Shown here: positions 9,461-18,951 of the stretch, one piece after another
How positions within the stretch are numbered: the stretch's first letter is position 1
Layout of the letters: every line of letters starts with the position of its first letter
Assembly (NCBI GenBank): GCA_964622095.1
Contig: CAZUPP010000004.1
Coordinates: 89,243 to 153,242 of the forward strand
Source of the DNA: an uncultured Verrucomicrobiales bacterium
GTDB taxonomy: Bacteria; Verrucomicrobiota; Verrucomicrobiia; Verrucomicrobiales; CAZUPP01
Direction: 5' to 3'
Length of the DNA: 64,000 bases
Translations under genes and position numbers: made by a program
The notes under the pieces: generated by a model
Told to the model about the DNA's origin: nothing
Databases searched by the model: none
What the model saw: only the letters and a program-made list of their open reading frames with translations

Positions 9461-10720
9461 ATGAATCACCTGAAACTTTCCGGGCAGGGCTGCGGGCGCG
9501 CGACCAGCTACCCCACCAGTAACAAGATCGTTACCATTGATGGCAAGACCCACGTGACCTGGCTGGATTCGGCCGCCAGCGGGGAGTTCGTCGTTCGTGG
9601 CCGCACTCTCGATCACGCCGCTGGTTCATGGTCCCCCGTCCAAACCATCGGGGCGGCTTTTGATAACCACGGCAGTCCTTCTCTCTCGTGTGATCATGAG
9701 GGCTACCTTCACCTCGTTTACGGGCCTCACCATCATCCCATCCGGTACCGCCGTTCCCTTCGCCCGAATGACCTTTCAGAATGGTCAGAGGAAGAAACAG
9801 TCGCGGACCGCTGCACCTACCCGACTCTCCTCATCGGTCATGATGACAGCCTTTACGTCACGGCCCGGGTCAGCAGTCCCGATGGCAGTGAGGGTATCTG
9901 GTCCGTCTCGCTCCTCATCAAACCGCCCGGTCAGCCATGGTATCCGCCCATCGAGATTCTTCGCGCGGAACGCAAGGGCTATAGCCATTTTCAGGAAAGC
10001 CTATGCTGGGGTGCGGATTTTCGCCGGCTTCATCTCAGCTTTCGCATGAGCGAGGGTCTCGAGCGCCGGGATTCTCATACCGTCGGTTATATGTTCAGTG
10101 ATGATTTTGGTCTGACCTGGAATACCGCCACCGGGGAGAAGATCGAGCTCCCTGCCACCGCGGAGACCGCCAGCATGGTGGCTCACGATATCCGCCCCGC
10201 GCCGGACCGGGCCCGCCTGGAGTGTGGGAACATCGCGGTGGACAGCATGGGCAACCCTCACCTTGTCTATGCGGACAACTCCTATGATGAGCCCGGTCTC
10301 TGGCTCATGTCTCTCACCGCCAACGGCCGCTGGAGCCGCACCGCTCTCCATCCGTTCCTTCCCCCTCCCGCAGATGAAGACGCGCCTCGCTACGCCACTG
10401 GCGGATTCATCATCAATGCTGAAGGCCAGGCTTTTGTCGCGGTGGAACGCGCTGATTTGCCGCCGCCCATCTTCAATGAGGAAGGCGTCCATCCCCCGAC
10501 CCGGGTGTATGTGCTCCATTCCAAGGACCTCAAGGAATGGGGCCGGTACGATGTCGCGGTGGGTTCGGGGAGTTTGCCAGCCTGGCAATCCAATCTGGAG
10601 CGAAGCACCGGGCACAACCGCGTGCATGGCAAACCCGGTCTCATCTATACCGTCGGCCCGCGAGGCAGCACGAACCGGGCGACCCTTAACAACAGCGTGA
10701 TCTGGGCACGCCTCGGCTAA
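9461..10720 (+). CDS. BNR/sialidase-fold beta-propeller protein (BNR_4-like), no signal peptide
   Basis: Asp-box FSDDFGLTWNTA (S-x-D-x-G-x-T-W) and repeated beta-strand-rich segments such as LHLVYGPHHHPIRY. The family call is tentative. Confidence 0.45.
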   Translation: MNHLKLSGQGCGRATSYPTSNKIVTIDGKTHVTWLDSAASGEFVVRGRTLDHAAGSWSPVQTIGAAFDNHGSPSLSCDHEGYLHLVYGPHHHPIRYRRSLRPNDLSEWSEEETVADRCTYPTLLIGHDDSLYVTARVSSPDGSEGIWSVSLLIKPPGQPWYPPIEILRAERKGYSHFQESLCWGADFRRLHLSFRMSEGLERRDSHTVGYMFSDDFGLTWNTATGEKIELPATAETASMVAHDIRPAPDRARLECGNIAVDSMGNPHLVYADNSYDEPGLWLMSLTANGRWSRTALHPFLPPPADEDAPRYATGGFIINAEGQAFVAVERADLPPPIFNEEGVHPPTRVYVLHSKDLKEWGRYDVAVGSGSLPAWQSNLERSTGHNRVHGKPGLIYTVGPRGSTNRATLNNSVIWARLG

Positions 10721-10783
10721 GGGGAAAGGCTCACCGCCTTGGCTTGACTTCCCGCCGCCATCCCGGCAAAAGAATTTCCATCG

Positions 10784-10807
10784 AGGCTCTCGTGAGTCTT
10801 GTTTTTT
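10784..10807 (+). terminator. Weak intrinsic-terminator candidate after the BNR gene
   Basis: AGGCTC-TCGT-GAGTCT forms a 6-bp stem with one G-U pair, followed by TGTTTTTTCC. It lies ~60 nt after the stop at 10720. Confidence 0.3.
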
Positions 10808-10839
10808 CCCCCTAAAAGACGAACGAACGCAATTTTATC

Positions 10840-11427
10840 ATGCATGCTTTCACGGTTCTTAATCATTCGCTGAACCAGCTCACCCTGGCTGCGAGCGTCT
10901 TTGATGACATGCTCGGTTTCATTCTCACGGTCATCATTTGTCTGATTATCGGATTTTTTATCGGCTGGTTTGTCCGCGGTGACGGCAGTGATCATCCCGC
11001 CGTCCAGAATGCGCCCAAGCCCGAAGACGGTGCCCAGCCAACTCCTCCTGCCGAAGCTGTCGCCGCCGCTGAAGCCAGTCAGGCGCCCGCCCCGGCCGCC
11101 GGTTCTGTCAGCAGCGCCATGGCCATCCAGGCATTCTCTCCCGATATCCAGTCCGGCAAGGCTAAGGATGATCCGTCGCTCGGCCTCGTTTACACGGAGG
11201 CGCCGGACAATCCCGATGATCTGACCGAGATCAGCGGCGTCGGCAGCGTCATCAATCGTCAGCTCAATGAGCACGGCATCTACACCTTCAAGCAGATCGC
11301 CCTGTGGAGCAGTGCCCAGGTTGAGGAATTCTCCAAGCAATTGAAGTTCCGCGATCGCGTCGCACGGGAGGATTGGATCAGCCAGGCCAAAAAGCTTCAC
11401 GAGCAACATCACGCCGAAAAGCTCTAG
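10840..11427 (+). CDS. Membrane-anchored protein with C-terminal helix-hairpin-helix domain
   Basis: One TM segment (FILTVIICLIIGFFIGWFV), a Pro/Ala linker, then DDLTEISGVGSVINRQLNEHGIYTFKQIALWSSAQVEEF...RVAREDWISQAKKL. This HhH module recurs in many bacterial proteins. It is preferred over antisense ORF 10717-11412. Confidence 0.6.
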   Translation: MHAFTVLNHSLNQLTLAASVFDDMLGFILTVIICLIIGFFIGWFVRGDGSDHPAVQNAPKPEDGAQPTPPAEAVAAAEASQAPAPAAGSVSSAMAIQAFSPDIQSGKAKDDPSLGLVYTEAPDNPDDLTEISGVGSVINRQLNEHGIYTFKQIALWSSAQVEEFSKQLKFRDRVAREDWISQAKKLHEQHHAEKL

Positions 11428-11466
11428 TCCTCCGGCTCTCCCTACTTTTTTTCATGTTTTTTTCTC

Positions 11467-11493
11467 CCGGACGTTCCGGACGTCCCGGACGTG
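11467..11493. repeat. Three tandem 9-bp units CCGGACGT(T/C/G)
   Basis: Read directly: CCGGACGTT CCGGACGTC CCGGACGTG. Confidence 0.85.
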
Positions 11494-11616
11494 TCGCGCC
11501 CCTGCGCTTCCTATGGCATGATAGTTCATGCCCTGTCCCTCCTCTTCCCTTTCCCGGTTCTTCCCCCGTCCTTGTCGTTCCTTTTCCCAATCTCCACCGG
11601 CCCCGGAAGCTCTCTG

Positions 11617-11638
11617 TTTTACCGAACGTTCGGTAAAA
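11617..11638. repeat. Perfect 22-bp palindrome TTTTACCGAACGTTCGGTAAAA (copy 1)
   Basis: Self-complementary over all 22 nt. It sits between the convergent 3' ends of genes 10840-11427 (+) and 11732-15187 (-). Confidence 0.9.
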
Positions 11639-11677
11639 ACATATTCCGCTCAGCCCCATTTCATGCGCTTCTATCCA

Positions 11678-11699
11678 TTTTACCGAACATTCGGTAAAA
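11678..11699. repeat. Near-identical palindrome TTTTACCGAACATTCGGTAAAA (copy 2)
   Basis: Same 10-nt arms with one central substitution (G->A). It lies 61 bp downstream of copy 1. Confidence 0.9.
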
Positions 11700-11731
11700 A
11701 GAAAAGAAGCCCGGCTGCCGCATTTTGGGGC

Positions 11732-14700
11732 TCACGTCGTCCGCTGGTTGGTTTGATCCGCCGGACGCCACGGTGCCCATTGACCGGACGGCTGACCCGC
11801 GTCTGGATCGGTCTCGTAGTCCGGTTCGGAACGGCCGGGCGGTGGCACCGGACGGCGGGATTCGGGATCGCGTGGACCCTCTCCGGTCGGCCCGAAGGCT
11901 TTCGAGAACAGGAAGGTCGTCCCTCGCGTCACATCGTTGAGAATGATGTAGAGAGACGGCAGCAGCACCAGGGTGATCACCGTCGCAAAAAGAATACCGA
12001 AGGCCAGGCTGACCGCCATCGGTATCAGGAATTGTGCCTGCAGACTCTGTTCAGCCAGCATCGGGCTCAGGCCCACGAAGGTGGTCAGAGAGGTGAGGAT
12101 GATCGGACGAAACCGGGCCGCGCCCGCTTCACGCACGGCTTTGAGAATGGGCAGGCCACGCGCGATATTTCGATTGATGAAATCTACCATCACGATGCCG
12201 TCATTGATGACCACGCCGGACAGCGCGATAATGCCGCAGAGCGAAAGCACGCTGATCGGCATCTGAAAAAGCATGTGCCCAATGACCGCGCCGACAATGC
12301 CGAACGGAATGACAAACATGATGATAAACGGCTGCAGATAGCTTTTCAGTGGCACCGCCATCAGCGCGTAGATCACGAAGAGTGCGATCACAAAATTTCG
12401 CAGCATGGCAGACAGGGTCACCTGCTGATCCTCACTCTCACCGGAGAGCGTGACGCTCACTCCCGGGTATCTGTCCAGGATGGCAACCAGCTCTTCTTCC
12501 TGCACGGCCTTGATAACTTTGTCCGGTTCCTGATTCTCTTTATCCACTTGAGCCGTGACATGCACCACCCTGCGCCGGTCGGTGCGCTCGATCACCGCAT
12601 AGCCGCGGCCATATTCAGCCTGCGCCACACTTTCAAAGGGCACTTCCCGGCCGTCATTGCCGCGCACCCGCATTTCTTCCAGGGTGTTGATTGATTTCCG
12701 CTCTTCTTCCGGATAGCGGATCATAATTTTCACTTCATCTTTTCCCCGCTGCACCCGTTGCGCTTCCGCTCCATAGAAACCAGCACGCACCTGCCGGGCC
12801 AGATCATTCTGGGTCAGACCCAGCACCTCCGCTTCCGGCAGGATATTCAGCTTAATCTCCTGCTTGCCCACCGTAAAACTGTCCGCCACATCATAAACTC
12901 CCGGATATTGCTCCAGCGCCTCTTTCAACTCCGCCGCCGCGGCGTCCAGTTGTTCGACGTCATTGCCTTCCAATTGGAAATCGATCGCCGTACGGTTCCC
13001 TGGACCGATCGTTCCGGTAAACGACGTCTTCTCCGCTCCCGGGATCGGAGCGAGATTCTCCCTCCATTTATCCACAAAATCACGCGCCCCCACTTCTTTT
13101 CGATTCTCACTGGGAATCAGTTCCGCGATGAACTGCACCTTACTTTCTGAGAGCGAGAAGCTGAGATAATCCTGCACCAGTTTCTGATCCGGAGCCAATT
13201 GCTGGTCCGCCTTCTTCATCGCTTCCTCAAATAATTTCGAAGCTTCCAGAGTAGCATCCTCAGGCGTGCCCTCCGCCATTTCCAGCGAGGCCACCACAAA
13301 ATCACTCGGCACATCCGGGAAAAACACGAAACGCACGAAACCGCTTTGGAAAAGCCCGACGGTTATAATGATACACACGACAAACGCGGTCAGAGTAACA
13401 TAGCGCCAGCGCAACGCGGTATCCGCTACAGGCCGGTAAACTTTTTCGACAAACCAGTGCATCCCACCCGCAAACGCGCGCTGCAATCTGACCAGAGGAT
13501 TGGCCTTTTTCGTCACCGGACTGTACAGCCGCACGGCGGCGAGGTGCGCGGGCAGAATCAATTTGCTTTCTACCAGTGAGAAAAGAAGACATAGAATCAC
13601 GACCAACCCGATGTTTGCCCAGATCTGTCCATCCGAACCGGGGATTAACAGAATCGGCACGAAGGCCGCCACCGTGGTCAGGACGCCAAAGGTCACCGGC
13701 AGGGCGACTTCTTCCGCCCCGCGAATAACATTTTCTGTCGTGTGACCGTATTTACGGACGGTGGTGTAGACATTTTCCCCGACGACAATCGCATCATCCA
13801 CCACAATTCCCAGCACCACAATAAACCCGAAGAGAGTAATCATGTTGATCGAGGCGCTGAACGGATCCAGCGGCATCACGGCGAGTGCTCCCAGAAAAGA
13901 TACCGGCAGCCCAAGCATGACAAAAAACGCGACGCGCAGGCGCAGAAACAATGTCAGCGAAATGAATACCAGGATGGCCCCGAAAAAACCGTTACGCAGC
14001 ATCAGATCAATCCGGCCATCGAGCAGCCGGGAATTATCTGCCCAGTAGTCAATGCTCAGTTCCGACGGCAAAGTCTCCGCCCGCTGCTCGACAAATTCCC
14101 GCACCTCCCGGCTGACCTGCAGCAGATTCTGTTCTCCCACCCGATAGACGGCAATGCTGACACTGGGCTTGCCGTTGTAGCGCATGAAAATATCCACATC
14201 TTCAAAGGTATCTTTGACATCGGCAATCTGACCGAGAGTCAGGCGCGTCCCGTCCGGCCGGGTCAACAGGACCAGTTTCTTAAAATCTTCCGCGCGATAG
14301 GCCTGACCTTTACTGCGCAGCAGGATTTCTCCCGAGGGCGTTTCGATCGAGCCAGAGGGCAGATCCAGCGAAGAATTCTGCACGGCGCTCACGACAAAAT
14401 CGAAGCTCAAACCATATTCACGCAGGGTTTTCTCAGAAACTTCAATAGACACTTCATAGTTGCGCGTTCCCTCAATCTCGGCGCGAGTCACCGACGGCAA
14501 ATCAAGAATTTCATCACGGATCAGCTTGGCATATTCTTTCAGCGTGGCCTCGTCCGTGTCGCCGTAAAGCTGCACGCGGATCGCGTCGCGCTCTCGTGTG
14601 ACCTCATATATGTTCGGCTTTTCTGTCTCTTCCGGGAACGTCGTAATCGCGTCCACCCGCACTTTGACCCGGTCGAGGAGATTGAGAGCATCATAACCGC

Positions 14701-15187
14701 TCTCCACCTCGATTGTCACCTGACCCAGGCCTTCGCTGGCCGTCGAGGTCATTTCATCAATTCCTTCCAGGTCCTGGATGGCTTCCTCAATTTTAATCAG
14801 AACACCTTCTTCCACCTCTTCCGGCGCCGCCCCCAGGTAAGGCACCTCCACGCGAATAATATCCAGGGCAAAGTCCGGGAAAAACTCTTTGCGCACGGTG
14901 AAAATGCTGATGATGCCCGCAATGACAATCAGCATCAAAAGCAGATTTGCCGCGACATGATTCCGCGTGAACCAGGCAATAATGCCTTCCTTTACCGGAG
15001 GCAACTCTTCCTGCTCGTCGTGCACGTCAACCGTCATCTCAGGATCCAGAGAATCGGAGACGGCGTGCGAACCCGGGAGCGGCGGGGTGTCCTCCACGGA
15101 ATCACCCTTCGGCGAATCCGGCCCCGAGATGTTGGGGTCGGATTCTGGAGGCTGATTTTCGTTACTGATCTCGTCCTTCCCGTCCAT
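11732..15187 (-). CDS. Efflux RND transporter permease (AcrB/HAE-type)
   Basis: 1151 aa with 12-TM RND architecture: IIAWFTRNHVAANLL near the N-terminus and two large periplasmic loops. It has ~65-aa acidic N-terminal and ~70-aa Pro-rich C-terminal extensions; ATG 15037 is an alternative start. Antisense ORFs 11528-12694 and 13742-15439 are judged spurious. Confidence 0.9.
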   Translation of the reverse strand: MDGKDEISNENQPPESDPNISGPDSPKGDSVEDTPPLPGSHAVSDSLDPEMTVDVHDEQEELPPVKEGIIAWFTRNHVAANLLLMLIVIAGIISIFTVRKEFFPDFALDIIRVEVPYLGAAPEEVEEGVLIKIEEAIQDLEGIDEMTSTASEGLGQVTIEVESGYDALNLLDRVKVRVDAITTFPEETEKPNIYEVTRERDAIRVQLYGDTDEATLKEYAKLIRDEILDLPSVTRAEIEGTRNYEVSIEVSEKTLREYGLSFDFVVSAVQNSSLDLPSGSIETPSGEILLRSKGQAYRAEDFKKLVLLTRPDGTRLTLGQIADVKDTFEDVDIFMRYNGKPSVSIAVYRVGEQNLLQVSREVREFVEQRAETLPSELSIDYWADNSRLLDGRIDLMLRNGFFGAILVFISLTLFLRLRVAFFVMLGLPVSFLGALAVMPLDPFSASINMITLFGFIVVLGIVVDDAIVVGENVYTTVRKYGHTTENVIRGAEEVALPVTFGVLTTVAAFVPILLIPGSDGQIWANIGLVVILCLLFSLVESKLILPAHLAAVRLYSPVTKKANPLVRLQRAFAGGMHWFVEKVYRPVADTALRWRYVTLTAFVVCIIITVGLFQSGFVRFVFFPDVPSDFVVASLEMAEGTPEDATLEASKLFEEAMKKADQQLAPDQKLVQDYLSFSLSESKVQFIAELIPSENRKEVGARDFVDKWRENLAPIPGAEKTSFTGTIGPGNRTAIDFQLEGNDVEQLDAAAAELKEALEQYPGVYDVADSFTVGKQEIKLNILPEAEVLGLTQNDLARQVRAGFYGAEAQRVQRGKDEVKIMIRYPEEERKSINTLEEMRVRGNDGREVPFESVAQAEYGRGYAVIERTDRRRVVHVTAQVDKENQEPDKVIKAVQEEELVAILDRYPGVSVTLSGESEDQQVTLSAMLRNFVIALFVIYALMAVPLKSYLQPFIIMFVIPFGIVGAVIGHMLFQMPISVLSLCGIIALSGVVINDGIVMVDFINRNIARGLPILKAVREAGAARFRPIILTSLTTFVGLSPMLAEQSLQAQFLIPMAVSLAFGILFATVITLVLLPSLYIILNDVTRGTTFLFSKAFGPTGEGPRDPESRRPVPPPGRSEPDYETDPDAGQPSGQWAPWRPADQTNQRTT

Positions 15188-15212
15188 CAGATTTCCCTCT
15201 CACTCGATGCCC

Positions 15213-16547
15213 TCAGTTCGCGAATTCAGGCGCATTGTTCGGTTCGGTGGCATCGACTAATTTCCCTTCATCAGCCGTTACCTCCCCAGGCTTTTCGTCC
15301 TGTGCGGAGTCTTCGTCTTCAATATCGATCGGATTTACCTTCATGTTTTTCACCACGTAATCCGGCTGCGTCAGGGAAATCCGTTCGCCTTCCTCCAGAT
15401 CTTCCTTCACAAAGACGGCGTCATCCGTGGAGCGGATAATATTTATTTTACGGATTTCAACGCGGTCCTCCTCATTTACCACCAGGATCTGGTCCTTTCC
15501 CCGGAGCGCCTGACGCGGGAGAACGAAAACATCCTCCAGCGTTTTGCCGGTCACCGCGGCCTGAGTGAATATGCCGATGGGCAACGGTGGCTTTCTTTTC
15601 AGTTCCTCAAGTACTTCCTCCGTCAATTTATCATCAGCCGGCATTCCACCGGGAGGACCATTTAATCCATAGGGATCCTGCACGCGGGCGACTAAGGTCA
15701 TCATGCGGGATTGCGCGTCAAAGGCTCCCTCCGTCCGGATAACGTTGGCTGGGTATTCGTAAGTCGTTCCCTTGATATTTGCGGTGATTTTTGTCGGTGC
15801 CGCTTCGGCGTTCTGCCCGCGTGAACCCACGCCAAAGGCGAGCGGCACATTGAGATAAGCCAATTCCGAAGCGGTCACCGGCAGCATAACTTCGGCATAA
15901 TCGATTGCAAAAATCTCACCGAGTTGCGTGTTCGGCGTGACGTATTGACCAACATCCGCCATTTTATTCCGGACGAGCCCGGGATAGGGCGCTTCAATGG
16001 TGCACCTGTCGATATTTCGCTGGGCCTGTTCGACCAGTGACTCGGCGGAGTGCACATTGGCCTGCGCCTGAGCCACCTGTGGTTCTCGCGCGACGAGCGA
16101 CGGAGGGTTGCCCCGGCGGCCCAGGGATTTCCATTCTTCAATCGCGCGTTTTTGCTGGGCGAGTTCCTCGGCCAGACGGAGTTCAGCCTGACGCAGAGCA
16201 GCCTCGGCATCGAGCTTCGCCGTCCTATAATCACTATCGTCAATCGTGATCAGCACTTCCTCCACCTGAAAAAATCCACCCGCGTAGAAGGAATCTGAGA
16301 TTTCCTTGATCCGGCCAGAAACTTCCGGGAAAAGAACCGTCACCGTCCGCGGATTCACCGTGCCCTGGCTGGCTACCTCCAGAGTGACGTCCTCTTTTCC
16401 CACCGTCATCACCTGGACCGGAGGAGTAACACTGCGCGGCGGTTTTTTCTCCGTTTCTTTCGCCAGCTGCTTGAGCACGAAAAAAACTCCCGCCCCCAAA
16501 ACGAGAAGGATCGTGACGGCAATGATCTGATAGGTTAGACGGGCCAT
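15213..16547 (-). CDS. Efflux RND periplasmic adaptor (MFP/HlyD-type)
   Basis: N-terminal TM anchor, a coiled-coil hairpin (AEAALRQAELRLAEELAQQKRA...) and beta-barrel segments. It lies 25 nt upstream of the RND gene. Confidence 0.85.
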   Translation of the reverse strand: MARLTYQIIAVTILLVLGAGVFFVLKQLAKETEKKPPRSVTPPVQVMTVGKEDVTLEVASQGTVNPRTVTVLFPEVSGRIKEISDSFYAGGFFQVEEVLITIDDSDYRTAKLDAEAALRQAELRLAEELAQQKRAIEEWKSLGRRGNPPSLVAREPQVAQAQANVHSAESLVEQAQRNIDRCTIEAPYPGLVRNKMADVGQYVTPNTQLGEIFAIDYAEVMLPVTASELAYLNVPLAFGVGSRGQNAEAAPTKITANIKGTTYEYPANVIRTEGAFDAQSRMMTLVARVQDPYGLNGPPGGMPADDKLTEEVLEELKRKPPLPIGIFTQAAVTGKTLEDVFVLPRQALRGKDQILVVNEEDRVEIRKINIIRSTDDAVFVKEDLEEGERISLTQPDYVVKNMKVNPIDIEDEDSAQDEKPGEVTADEGKLVDATEPNNAPEFAN

Positions 16548-16581
16548 GATGTTAAGACGGCAAATGCTTGCGGAGGCATCA

Positions 16582-18129
16582 TTAAAAATTCCCGCCCAGA
16601 GCCAGATGCAGATCGACGCGGTTCTTCAGCCTTAGATTACGAACGTCAAGCAGGGTTGATTCCGCATCAAATGCGCGCCGCTGAGAATCCAGCACGGTGA
16701 TGATGTCCGTTGTCCCCTCGCTGTAACGGTCCTGGGCCAGGCTGACGGCTGCTTGGGCCGCCTCCAGAAAAGCGGCCAGAGCGGATTCCTGCGCGGCGAG
16801 AAAACGTTCTCCGGCCAGGGCGTTCTCCACTTCGCTGAAGGCGCTTAACGCCGTCTGCTGGTATTCGAGGGCCGCCTGCTCCGCCACTGCTTTGGCCCGT
16901 TCCAGCCGGGCGGTCAGCTCGCCCCCCTGAAAGAGCGGTTGCACGACGTCACTGGCGAGATTCCAGATCAGGAAGTTGCTGTTCAGCACGTTCTGCAGTT
17001 CCTGGCTTGAGGTGCCGCCACTTGCCGTGAGGGTGATGTCCGGCAAAAAATCCTTCCGCGCGGCGGAGATGCGCTTATCGCTTCCCGCGAGAGAGCGCTC
17101 AGCTGCCCGCAGATCCGGACGCCGCGCCAGCAGTTCCGAGGGCAAACCCGCCGGGACACCTTTCCGTAACCGAGGCAGCTCATCACCTTCGATGAATTTC
17201 GCGTCCGGATAAACTCCCAGAATCACCTGAAGCGCGCGGATAAACTGTTCCTGCTCCCGCCTGCGGCGCTCCACCAGGGATTTTGCGCTGGCCACATCCG
17301 CCTGGGAGAGGCGCAGGTCGAGGGCGTCCCCGGTGCCCTCGTCATAACGTCCTTCCACAATGTCAAAGGTCGTGCTGAAGCTGTCCAGGGTGCGCCGGGC
17401 GAGACCCAACTGCAAACGCGCGGTGAGCACATCAAACCACGCCTTGGCGGTGTTGGCGGCAAGGGAAAGGCGCGCGGATTCCAGCTCGAAGGCCGCGGCC
17501 TGGACATCGGTTTTCGCGGCGGAGGCCTGATCGCGGAGGCGCCCCCATAAATCGAGTTCCCAGCGAAACTGGCCGGTCAGCTCGTAGTTATCGATGCGTT
17601 CGGTAATGAGGTCTTCCGTCGAGGTCGCTTCTTCCAGCGGATCCGGCACCTCGATCGGCGTGCCGCCAGGGGTCAAACCCAATCCGGCCGTGGCGGGCGT
17701 GACTGCACCAGCCGCGGCACCTCCTCTTCCTCCGAATCCACCACCATCCGTTTCGATGTTCGTGCGGCTCTTGCGGGCATTCGCTCCGAGGTTCAGCGCC
17801 GGGAAAAGAACGGACCGGCTGATCCGGCTGTCGGCTGCCAGTTGGCGAACCCGGTTTGCCGCGAGCCTCAGGTCGTAATTCCGTTCGATGGCCAGATCAA
17901 CGAGGGCCTCCAGGCGGCGGTCATTGAATGACTTGATCCAGCCCTCTTCACTCACCGGTCCCAGGCTGGCAAGTTGCGCTTCCCAGGTTGTGGCAGCGGC
18001 GAACTCCAGCTCTGGCGTGTAATCCGCAGGCGCACCGATGCAGCCACCCAGCAAGAAGACAGAGACCCCGGCGCGCAGCCAGAACCCAAGGTATTTGGCG
18101 CGCTCGCGCTTATCGCCGGTGGCTCGCAT
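16582..18129 (-). CDS. Outer-membrane efflux lipoprotein (TolC/NodT family)
   Basis: Lipobox FLLGGC and two OEP-type helical repeats. It is first in the pump operon after tetR. Confidence 0.85.
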   Translation of the reverse strand: MRATGDKRERAKYLGFWLRAGVSVFLLGGCIGAPADYTPELEFAAATTWEAQLASLGPVSEEGWIKSFNDRRLEALVDLAIERNYDLRLAANRVRQLAADSRISRSVLFPALNLGANARKSRTNIETDGGGFGGRGGAAAGAVTPATAGLGLTPGGTPIEVPDPLEEATSTEDLITERIDNYELTGQFRWELDLWGRLRDQASAAKTDVQAAAFELESARLSLAANTAKAWFDVLTARLQLGLARRTLDSFSTTFDIVEGRYDEGTGDALDLRLSQADVASAKSLVERRRREQEQFIRALQVILGVYPDAKFIEGDELPRLRKGVPAGLPSELLARRPDLRAAERSLAGSDKRISAARKDFLPDITLTASGGTSSQELQNVLNSNFLIWNLASDVVQPLFQGGELTARLERAKAVAEQAALEYQQTALSAFSEVENALAGERFLAAQESALAAFLEAAQAAVSLAQDRYSEGTTDIITVLDSQRRAFDAESTLLDVRNLRLKNRVDLHLALGGNF

Positions 18130-18132
18130 GAA

Positions 18133-18855
18133 TCAGGCAGACGATTTTTCCGGCAATTCCGTTGCGCTGTAACCGGCGGAGAGAAAAATGATCATGCGCC
18201 GGATGGTCTCTTCATCGTCGTCCTGCTCAACCGCGCCCTGCGTCATGAGGCCCAGCTTTTCTGGCTGGCCGAGCACACCCATGATCAGGCTCCCGGCAAA
18301 GTGGCCTCGCCACATGAGCTCTTTGTAATCCAGGAAGGGCATCGTTTTCTGCATGGCCGTGGTGTAGCGCTCAAAGACTTCAACGAGCAGGGTATCCTCA
18401 CATTCATGTAGAAAGTGCGGCTCATCCACATGCATGCGCATGATGAACTGGACGTAGGTCTTGATCGGCACGCGCTCCCCTGAACGGCTGCGCAAAAGCG
18501 GCCGGATGAGTGCTTCCCAGATGCTGGCCAGCGGGATCGGCTTCTTCCCATACTTCTTCTCGAGTTCGGTCAGGCGGTCGAGCCGGTCCTGATTGATCGG
18601 GCCGAAGCGGCGGATAATGATTTCGCGGCGCAATTGCTCCTTGCTCTGAAAATGGTAATTCACCAGGGCCAGACTCACGCCCGCCTTTTGTGTGATGGCC
18701 CGCATCGAGGTGCCGTGAAAACCATTCACGGCAAAAAGTTCCAAGGCCGCGTCCATGATACGCTCACGCGTTTCTGAGGATTGAGCGGGCTCAGCGGCTT
18801 CGGCCTGGCTGACGTGCTTGGCTTTAGTGATTTTGGGACTGGTGGCGGTAGGCAT
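18133..18855 (-). CDS. TetR/AcrR-family transcriptional regulator
   Basis: RERIMDAALELFAVNGFHGTSMRAITQKAGVSLALVNYHFQSKEQL is a TetR_N HTH. The stop is 3 nt from the OMF start. Confidence 0.85.
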   Translation of the reverse strand: MPTATSPKITKAKHVSQAEAAEPAQSSETRERIMDAALELFAVNGFHGTSMRAITQKAGVSLALVNYHFQSKEQLRREIIIRRFGPINQDRLDRLTELEKKYGKKPIPLASIWEALIRPLLRSRSGERVPIKTYVQFIMRMHVDEPHFLHECEDTLLVEVFERYTTAMQKTMPFLDYKELMWRGHFAGSLIMGVLGQPEKLGLMTQGAVEQDDDEETIRRMIIFLSAGYSATELPEKSSA

Positions 18856-18923
18856 CTCAGTAGCAAAAGGAAGGTGGTCGGCCCGCGGAAAAGGCGCGAT
18901 GCGCCGTCCAGAGTCTCAGATCC

Positions 18924-18951
18924 GTTTGATCAATTCGTCTTGATCAGAAAC
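18924..18951. promoter_or_regulatory. Candidate TetR operator: two TTGATCA half-palindromes 14 bp apart, within GTTT...AAAC
   Basis: GTTTGATCAATTCGTCTTGATCAGAAAC lies ~70-95 nt upstream of the tetR ATG (18855). The inference rests on position and symmetry only. Confidence 0.3.

Noticed and set aside
10717-11412. 231-aa minus-strand ORF overlapping the HhH-domain gene
   Set aside because: The plus-strand product has a TM helix and a well-known HhH module (DDLTEISGVG...WISQAKKL). The minus-strand product is low-complexity.
11467-11493. Tandem CCGGACGTN repeats considered as a CRISPR or VNTR locus
   Set aside because: There are only three contiguous 9-bp units with no spacers, far too short for CRISPR. 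They are recorded simply as a microsatellite-like repeat.
11617-11699. The two 22-bp palindromes considered as bidirectional intrinsic terminators or LexA boxes
   Set aside because: On both strands the U-run would precede, not follow, the stem. The GAAC/GTTC halves have no spacer, unlike the GAAC-N4-GTTC or TGTTC-N4-GAACA LexA motif types. They are kept as a repeat/operator finding instead.
11528-15439. Long plus-strand ORFs (11528-12694, 388 aa; 13742-15439, 565 aa) antisense to the RND pump gene
   Set aside because: Their composition is Arg/His/Gln-rich and low-complexity with no recognisable motifs. The opposite strand encodes an unmistakable full-length RND permease. Long antisense ORFs are expected in high-GC DNA.
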